64,000 nt of DNA, from assembly GCF_000143415.4 (NCBI RefSeq), contig NW_003314272.1, forward strand, positions 2,505,728-2,569,727. The letters run 5' to 3'. The stretch's first letter is position 1; each line of letters begins with the position of its first letter. This document shows positions 53,239 to 64,000 of this stretch, one piece after another. A model generated the notes under the pieces. It was not told the origin of the DNA and ran no database searches. It saw only the letters and a list, made by a program, of their open reading frames with translations. Position numbers and translations under genes: made by a program. Origin of the DNA: Selaginella moellendorffii (taxonomy: Eukaryota; Plantae; Lycopodiophyta).

Positions 53239-53701
53239 ATGGCAGCGGCGTCACGAGCGCTATCTCCAGGTACGCGCTCGATCCGGGCACTCGCTTTTGT
53301 GTGGAATTTCCTCGCGCTGCGTGGATCTCCCAGCAATTGGGGCCGAAAGGCCGCCAATGCGAGTGATCTTGCCTCGCTTCGCGTTTTCTCGCTGGATCTG
53401 GCGAAGTCTCCTCTCTCACACACATTCTTGTGGGATGATCTCGTGCAGAAGAACAGAAGGTATTGGAACTGACGCAGCTCGCGGGCCTGGAAATTCGAGA
53501 GGACGTCTTTCTCACGGTACTGTCTCGAGCATTGCGATTTTTTTAGGGTATGGAAGCTTATAGATTGGAATGCAGCTGTGGGAGCTAATGCAGCTAGAAG
53601 CGTCACCTGTGTTGATACTCCAGCTTCTCAAGGAATTGGTTGGCACTGGTAGCGGGCTCGATGGATCCACAAACTCCGAGGCAAGTAGGAGCAGGAACTG
53701 A
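53239..53701 (+). CDS. MOZART2 (MZT2)-like microprotein, 74 aa; exons 53239-53269, 53449-53516, 53576-53701
   Basis: Canonical GT-AG splicing gives MAAASRALSPEEQKVLELTQLAGLEIREDVFLTLWELMQLEASPVLILQLLKELVGTGSGLDGSTNSEASRSRN*, which resembles the MZT2 core LS.EE.EL.ELAQ.AG..ID.DVF.IL.DLL.L...P..V.Q.LK. Confidence 0.72.
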
Positions 53702-53762
53702 TAGAGGAAAATCATAGGGACATAGTCGAGGAGGAAGAGAGCAAGAGATTAAACAGGAGGCG

Positions 53763-55674
53763 ATGGCGGGTGCTGCCTCAGCACTCTTTCTTTTAGATAT
53801 GAAGGGTCGGGTTTTAGTATGGAGAGACTATCGCGGAGATGTATCAGCAGCGCAGGCTGAACGCTTTTTTGCCAAGATACAAGAAGGAGAGGTACGTCCA
53901 GATTCTATTTTGTTGTTTGGTTGCTCTAGGATGTGCTCTTTTTTTTCTAGAGTGATTCAAGCTCCCAAGATCCTGTTGTTTTCGACGATGGAGTGACTTA
54001 TCTTTTCGTCCAGCACAACAACGTGTACGTAATGACGGCATCCAGACAAAATTGCAATGCTGCGAGTCTCCTTTTGTTTCTGCATCGAGTTATCGATGTA
54101 AAGTATCCTCATACTCTTTGGAGCTCTTAAGTTACGAGTGCTGGTTGAAATCGATATTAACCTGTGTTCTTTGTTTCTGTTTCAGGTTTTTAAGCATTAC
54201 TTTGAAGAGCTGGAGGAAGAGTCGTTGAGAGATAATTTTGTTGTAGTGGTAAATTTGTTTTTTCTCCGTGACTCTCCGGTGTTTGTTCTGTTTTCTCATA
54301 TTTTTCTAATTGCATTTGCAGTACGAACTTTTGGACGAGATGATGGACTTCGGATATCCTCAGTTCACGGAAGCAAATATTTTGAGCGAGTTCATCAAAA
54401 CAGATGCCTACAAGATTGAAATCACTCAACGTCCTCCCATGGCAGTGACAAATGCAGTATCCTGGCGTAGTGAAGGCATTCGCTACAAAAAGAACGAGGT
54501 ACAAAAACTACGGTTTTAATTGTCTCGCTTTTATCGTGGATTGCAGGTTTTTCTCGATGTTGTCGAAAGCGTCAACATTCTTGTTAATAGCAACGGTCAG
54601 CTGGTTCGCTCAGATGTTGTCGGTGCTTTGAAAATGCGAACATACTTGACGTATGTTTTTTTTTTTTTTTTTTTTTTTTTGCCTTTGATTCTTGCAGTTC
54701 TAAGCGGATAATCTTTTGTTTTCAGGGGTATGCCGGAATGCAAGCTCGGTCTCAACGACAGGGTTCTTCTAGAGGCACAAGGGCGCTCGACCAAGGGCAA
54801 AGCCATCGACTTGGATGATATCAAATTTCACCAGTAAGTCATTACACCTATTGTGCTACATTGCAGTCACCACGTTTTTGAGAATAGGTGTGTTCGGCTG
54901 GCTCGCTTCGAGAACGACAGGACAATATCCTTCATTCCTCCGGATGGTGCTTTTGATCTCATGACATATAGGCTAAGTACACAGGTTGTTACACGCCCTC
55001 GATGTTTGAGTTGATTTTCTGACCATTCCTTTGATCAGGTGAGACCTTTGATATGGGTGGAAGCTCAGGTCGAGAGACATTCTCGGAGTCGCGTGGAGTA
55101 CGCAGTGAAAGCCCGCAGCCAGTTCAAAGAACGCAGGTATTTGAATAGTTCGCATTTCCAGTCTCATATGTTTTCTCTACTCTTTGCAGCACGGCAACCA
55201 ATGTCGAAATTGAGCTGCCGCTTCCTGCAGATGCCACCACACCCAACGTGAGAACATCCATGGGCTCATCAGTCTATGCTCCCGAGAAAGAAGCCTTGGT
55301 ATGGAAGATCAAGTCATTCCCCGGCGGCAAGGTACTTCAATCGCTTCTTCTTTCAAACTCTCACGACTTTTTCGCTCAGGAGTACATGTTGAGAGCTCAA
55401 TTTGGCCTGCCAAGCATTGTGAGTGAGGAGAGTGTGCCAGAGAAGCGTGCGCCAATTCGAGTAAAGTTTGAGATACCTTACTTCACTGTTTCAGGAATCC
55501 AGGTGAGTTCTTCGAGCTAAAAGCTCCAAGGTTTTCGTTTGAGTTTGCGTTTGTTTCGCTTGCTTCCAGGTTCGCTATTTGAAGATCATAGAGAAGAGTG
55601 GCTACCAAGCATTGCCATGGGTGCGTTACATCACAACAGCGGGCGAGTACGAGCTAAGAATGATCCAATACTAG
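53763..55674 (+). CDS. AP1M: AP-1 adaptor complex mu subunit, multi-exon
   Basis: MAGAASALFLLDMKGRVLVWRDYRGDV, YELLDEMMDFGYPQ, GMPECKLGLND, FIPPDGAFDLM, SGYQALPWVRYIT. Confidence 0.96.
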
Positions 55675-55721
55675 ACCTTCGTCTAGTTGTGGTCCTTTTT
55701 TCTGTCAAATAAGTTTTTGGG

Positions 55722-55735
55722 TTTTCCCGCCAAAA
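55722..55735 (+). promoter_or_regulatory. E2F-binding site upstream of MCM3 (telo-box at about 55752)
   Basis: TTTTCCCGCCAAAA about 60 bp before the MCM3 ATG; MCM genes are canonical E2F targets. Confidence 0.7.
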
Positions 55736-55790
55736 TTTGAGTGCCTAGGTTTAGGGTTTTTGAGCTGGGGCATGGCGCGATAGCTACGCC

Positions 55791-59123
<3,333 letters not shown>

Positions 59124-59256
59124 AACAATGTAACATATCAAAACGAAAAATGTAAAACTAGTTAACTTAAGATTCAAACTAAAACCTTTATAACTCTTTT
59201 GTAACTGAAACCATAGGGTTAGGGTTTTCCCTTTAGGGCTTCTTGTCAACTCGAGA

Positions 59257-59808
59257 ATGTCGGCATTCAAGAACTTCTTGAACAGCCCAGTCGGTCCCAA
59301 GACGACGCATTTTTGGGGCCCCGTTGCCAATTGGGGATTCGTCGTTGCTGTGAGATCGATTCTTTTGCGAAATTTTAGCTCTAATCGATGTTTCTTGTGA
59401 ATTTCTTGCTCGCAGGGGCTTGTGGATCTCAACAAGCCGCCGGACATGATGTCGAGCAACATGACGAGTGGTACATTCTCTTGGGAAATCATTTGAAACT
59501 AAGCGCATTTTTTCTAGTGTATGAATTCTTCTTCTTCTTCCTATCGATTTTCCTCTTTAAATCGTTTTATCTTTTTTCTTACAGTGATGTGTATCTACTC
59601 GATCTTGTTTATGAGATTTGCGTGGATGGTCCAGCCTCGGAACTATTTGCTCTTCTCGTGCCATGCCGCCAACGAGTCGGTCCAGCTCTATCACTTGGCG
59701 AGGATCTACAATCACCACCAGTTAAGTTTCTCGCTTAGTTTTCTCGCTGGTTCCAACGTACGATCTTCGTTCTTGGGCAGATCGAAAGGCTCTGCTGCGA
59801 AGAGCTGA
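59257..59808 (+). CDS. MPC1: Mitochondrial pyruvate carrier 1, 4 exons
   Basis: MSAFKNFLNSPVGPKTTHFWGPVANWGFVVA, FMRFAWMVQPRNYLLFSCHAANESVQLY. Confidence 0.93.
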
Positions 59809-60259
59809 TGGAAGAGATGGAAGTTTTCATATACTATACTATACTCTCATCTTCGTGGGAAGTTTTGGATCTACTGCTATTGCAATCTCTTTTTCCTAAC
59901 TATTACATCAACAAAATTATTAGAAGCATTCTTTCAAGTTTTCCTTCTGTACATGGAAGGCAATCCATTAGATGGATAAAATTCAGGTTAAACTTACTTG
60001 AAACATTCAGGCATTCAAGATCTCTTGAAACATACAGTAGTGAAGGCAGTAGCTTCTCAAACATCTAAGAAGTTTGTTCAAAGTAGTTAAAAGTACAAAT
60101 TAAGCTAGCATTCAAGTGATTTCACCTTTTTATTTATGTGGATTTAATGTGATCTTTGGAATGTTCCCTTGGGACAGAGGCCCAAGATCTAACTAATTAG
60201 GTCTTATGTAAATCTGGTAGACCAACTCATTAAAGGAACATGTTTGTGAGAGGCAAAAT

Positions 60260-60640
60260 GGGTGTTACACTGTTTCTGAGATACCATGCATGTGGAACTT
60301 CTGACAAAATTACCACTTGCTATAGAACATGAAATTGGGTATATAGAGGGAGTGAAGGTAGTGGCATATTGGTTGGACAAAAGGGAATTACAGGAATTCA
60401 AGTGGCAGTTTGATGAGTTAGTCAATAAGGGGTATATCATGAGGTTTTAGTGTTCGTAAAGAAGAAAGACAAGTAGATATGCATGTACATAAATTATCAA
60501 TTGCTGAACAAATACACAAAAGAAGAACAAGTACATATTACCAACAATTAAGGACTTCTTGATAAGTTGGAAAAAGTAAAATAGTTTTCCCAACATGGTC
60601 AAGTTACCATGTTGGGATCATGGTAACTTGAAAAGATGTT
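60260..60640 (+). mobile_element. Gypsy reverse-transcriptase relic
   Basis: FDELVNKGYI, VFVKKKDK*ICMYINYQLLNK and YILPTIKD-like pieces with stops. Confidence 0.6.
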
Positions 60641-60849
60641 GATTGTTAGAGACATGAAATACATTTAACTTGATCCATGCGATATAATTTGTGGACAATG
60701 GTGATGCCATTGCTCAACTTGGAGCCGATGTGCTCCACACCAGTAAGTTGCCAATGTCCTTCTGTTAGGAAGTCCCACCTGTTCCATTTCCACCACCCCA
60801 TCCTAGTCATTTTGTCCGAGCCGCTACACTGTATTGGACAATGCATCTT

Positions 60850-61060
60850 TCGGCAGTCTCTGCCTCGTTTTCCATTCTTGCTCCTCTTCCGCGCCACTGG
60901 CTGCTTCTTGCCAGGCGAGCGAGCCTTCTTCACTTTCGAGTCCTTGGCTGGCCTAACATATCACCTCGCTGGGGCTCCCATCCGCTGATTCCTTGAGAGC
61001 GCTCTTCAGCGCATAAAGCTTTGAGGTTGCTGAAGTAGAGCATGGCCACCTTGACCATGC
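60850..61060 (-). pseudogene. Inverted duplicate of the 3' part of the PPR gene at 45811-48013
   Basis: KSKVKKARSPGKKQPVA and ESADGSP match about 47700-47890. Confidence 0.8.
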
Positions 61061-61689
61061 CTCACTCGTTGAACTTCCAAAAATTTTATGGCTTTTGTCA
61101 TTTCAAGCTGCCAGAGTTTTATCTTGGCCATCAAAAAGGCAATTAAGTTATACCCTTTGATTACTATAGTTCAATTCTATTCCTTTATTACTTACTTTTG
61201 GCCTCACATGTTTTTTTCAGTTAAGAAATCTAAAACATTTCTATGAACACCATCATCTTTCGCAGCTTGGATTCTTGTAACAATTTCAAAATTTTATACT
61301 TGTTCTAAAGAGATCATACTTGGCCTCTCTATGAGATTGTTCTTCGGCATATTTTCCAGCAATCGATTCAGAACAAAGTCTTGCTATTCTCTTGTTGATC
61401 ATAGTGGAATACAGCCTTAAGCTATGGATTCTTGAGTTCCTGCCGTCCTAACCCCTGTCCAAAATGACACCGCTCATGCTGGATTTGGAGATGCTCTTCC
61501 CATTGAACGCAATGATGAACTTTGAGCACTTACTGGACAAGGTATTTTGGAGGCCAGGCGGTGGCACTCATTCGTTGCAACTCAAGTCAAAAAGCTGTCT
61601 AGTAAGTGCATACTCTTGGCATGCTGGCACGACAAATCCATGTTATCACCTATAGTTGGGAAGAGCTCTAACCCATATATTCTTAAATT

Positions 61690-63030
61690 GTTCTTTTGAA
61701 AATTGCGTATGCTACAATATATGCAGTAAGCCTCTCATAAAAATATTTTGGCCATTTTAAACCATAACTCTTTGTGTTCCTGATCATAATATGTACCCAT
61801 AGCATCGCCTATTTCATCAGCGCTGGCTCCCAGGGCCCTCTGTATTTTGGGAGATTTTATCAACTTCTCACGAGCTGGACATCTCTTCTTAGTCGCATCT
61901 GATGCAATAAAAATGCCTCTCTTGATCCAGATTGTATCAAGATTTGGGTGACTATTTAGAGACACCGTGCCTACAGAAACAGCTTTAGTAAATACTTCCA
62001 CTAAGCAAAGATAATTCATGTCACTCACATTCTTGTGACGTTTTGCAATCAATGTCTAGAGCCAAGTGATCCTCAAATATCAGCTGCGCAAAACAACACA
62101 CAAGAAAAAAGGAAACAAATAGAAACACATTCCAACGAAAAAAACAAAGAGAGTGTGCGTACGTGAACAATGTAGACGATCATGGCCGAACGGCACAATG
62201 TTTCTCATTTGTTTATGGCCGTCGTCAAAGTAATGCTCCGGAACTCTGCTAGACTAAGATCAGCCCTCTCCATGCCAGCTCCCTTATTTCTCCCAGCTTG
62301 GATTGCGAGCAAGGGACCCCATCCGGCTCCCACTGCGAGTTCCTGCACAGCTGCACGAAATGGCCGCTAAAATCCTTGCCGAAAACGGCAGCGGCGGCAC
62401 GGTAGAGCTGGCGCTCGTCGCTGCTTCCCACTGGCACCGACTGTGCGTGCTCCACGATCGAGTTGCCCGTCGAGCACAGAATCTGGAGCTCGGCATGGTC
62501 CCGCTGCCCCTTCTTCGTCAGTGTCCAAGTGTACATCAGACGGCCAATTTGCAAGCTTGCATCCGTAAAGTCCATAAAGTATGAAACCTCGCGAGACCTG
62601 TACTGGTAAACAAGCGAGCTTCTTCGAACCCAGCGCTCCAGAGGCACAAGAAGGCTTTGGTCCCAGTCGAATGTGTGAGTCACTGCTGCCACCACCTCCT
62701 GCCCAAAAAAAAGAAAAAACAAACAAAACAAAAGAATAACGAGCTAAGGACTTTACCACCAACAGGTGAGGTCGATAGATTGCCACTCTACCATCGGGAG
62801 TTCCTTGAACCAAACGTTATAGACGTTGTCGATGTTCTCCCTGGTTGGCAGAAAGAATTTCTGAAACCTGTATGTGTGCACAGTGTCTAGGAAGCAGAGC
62901 AAGAGTTTGCCCAGGTCCCCCCCGCTGCCAGCTTTTGCTTGAGCTACGAAAGTGTCGAGCCATTCGCGCGGATGCTTGTTTGCCTGGACCTGGAGCTGCA
63001 GCCACGCGAAGAAGAGCACGCGGAGTTGCT
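61690..63030 (-). pseudogene. Third copy of the orphan family, 5'-truncated
   Basis: MDFTDASLQIGRLMYTWTLTKKGQRDHAELQ and RGIFIASDATKKRC are near-identical to 41876-42785. Confidence 0.8.
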
Positions 63031-63039
63031 CACTCACAT

Positions 63040-64000
63040 CAAACAGGAGAAGGGCATCCAGAAGAGATGAGAAAGTACAAGGAACTCTAGACATGAGCTC
63101 TGCCGACGATCCTGGAAATGACTTTGATTGCAGCATGGCACTCGGAGCAGACATGTAAGTTCTTGACGATTTGAAGCGGGGTGCAAGGATCAGTTGTCAA
63201 CAAACCAAAAGCTAAAGCAACTCTTTCGCTGTGATAGCCGAAATGCTCCACATTTCTTCCATCGTCTCGACATCCCTCAGCACCTCGTTCATATCAGGTA
63301 CATAGCCAGCTTCTTGCATTTGCCGGTCCAGCCTTTCCAACTCGGCTTTAAGTTTATCAGTTTGTGGGTGCAGCTTGCCGGTCGTGCCAAACTCATGCAA
63401 CCTATTCTTAATCTCGATATAACTTTGTCCTGGGAGCTTCTTCCAACCTCTCTCTTGCATCGCTCGTCAAATTCTCCGGACGTCATCCCACCTCCCAACT
63501 CGGCCATAGATACTGGAGAGGAGCACAAACGCAGCGGTATTCGCCGGATCCAATTCCAGAACTCGATCGGCAACGAGCTCGGCTCTCTCCACGCGGCCGT
63601 GCATCTTGTAACAACCGAGTAGCGTCACCCAGATAACACTCATCCGCTGGAAAGGCATCTCGTCCACCACCTCCTCGGCTTGAGTGACCCATCCAGCCCG
63701 GCCGAGGACGTCAATCAAGCGCACGAAGTGGTCGACCTCGTGGGAAATGCCGTGATCCATCGTCATTGACACGAAGTAACTCCTGGCCAGTTCCACAAGT
63801 CCGGTGTGGCTGCAAGCGTGCAAGATACTGTTAAAGGTAACTCGGTTCATTTCGCACGACTCCATGATCATCTCTTGGAATAATTGCAGGGCGTCGTTGC
63901 TATGCCCGTGCTGGGCATATCCGGTGAGCAGCGTGTTCCAGCATACGAGATCTTTCTTTTTGACTGTGTCGAATGCGATCCTGGCTTCGTGCATTCTCCC
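63040..64000 (-). pseudogene. PLS-class PPR-E-DYW (RNA-editing factor type) pseudogene; 5' end outside the window
   Basis: PLS repeats, E domain, PG box KKLPGQSYIE, then [10 protein letters not shown] and [21 protein letters not shown]. Premature TGA after VRRI, a frameshift, and a degraded DYW tail. Confidence 0.85.

Noticed and set aside
53239-53472. 77-aa unspliced ORF as an AP1M uORF
   Set aside because: Better explained as exon 1 plus intron read-through of the MZT2-like gene.

Overview
Compact, intron-rich plant nuclear DNA. Introns of about 50-60 bp, very short intergenic spacers, PPR/DYW genes and an NSP1-like GRAS gene suggest a lycophyte such as Selaginella (inference). Layout: (1) 1-5 kb, head-to-head DGK(-) and VPS45(+). 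(2) About 5.3-33 kb, a retrotransposon island. It holds a full-length degenerate Copia element (6412-22164, minus, TATGC TSD) with Cassandra-type 5S-bearing solo LTRs in one LTR and a nested tandem-type Gypsy element. A second decayed Gypsy interrupted by a solo LTR follows. (3) 34-60 kb, a very dense gene block: ARPC2, ACR9/10-like, orphan-family pseudogenes, a 2OG-Fe(II) dioxygenase, RPC6, a PPR gene, NSP1-like GRAS, a TrmA-type methyltransferase, a hidden 3-exon MOZART2-like gene, AP-1 mu, MCM3 and MPC1. (4) 60-64 kb, a patchwork of duplicated fragments and a PPR-DYW pseudogene. Most notable: a spliced 74-aa MZT2/MOZART2-like gamma-TuRC microprotein gene missing from the ORF track, and 5S/Pol III-like and promoter modules shared between Cassandra, Gypsy and Copia LTRs. 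All family calls come from motif recognition by eye; no database search was run.
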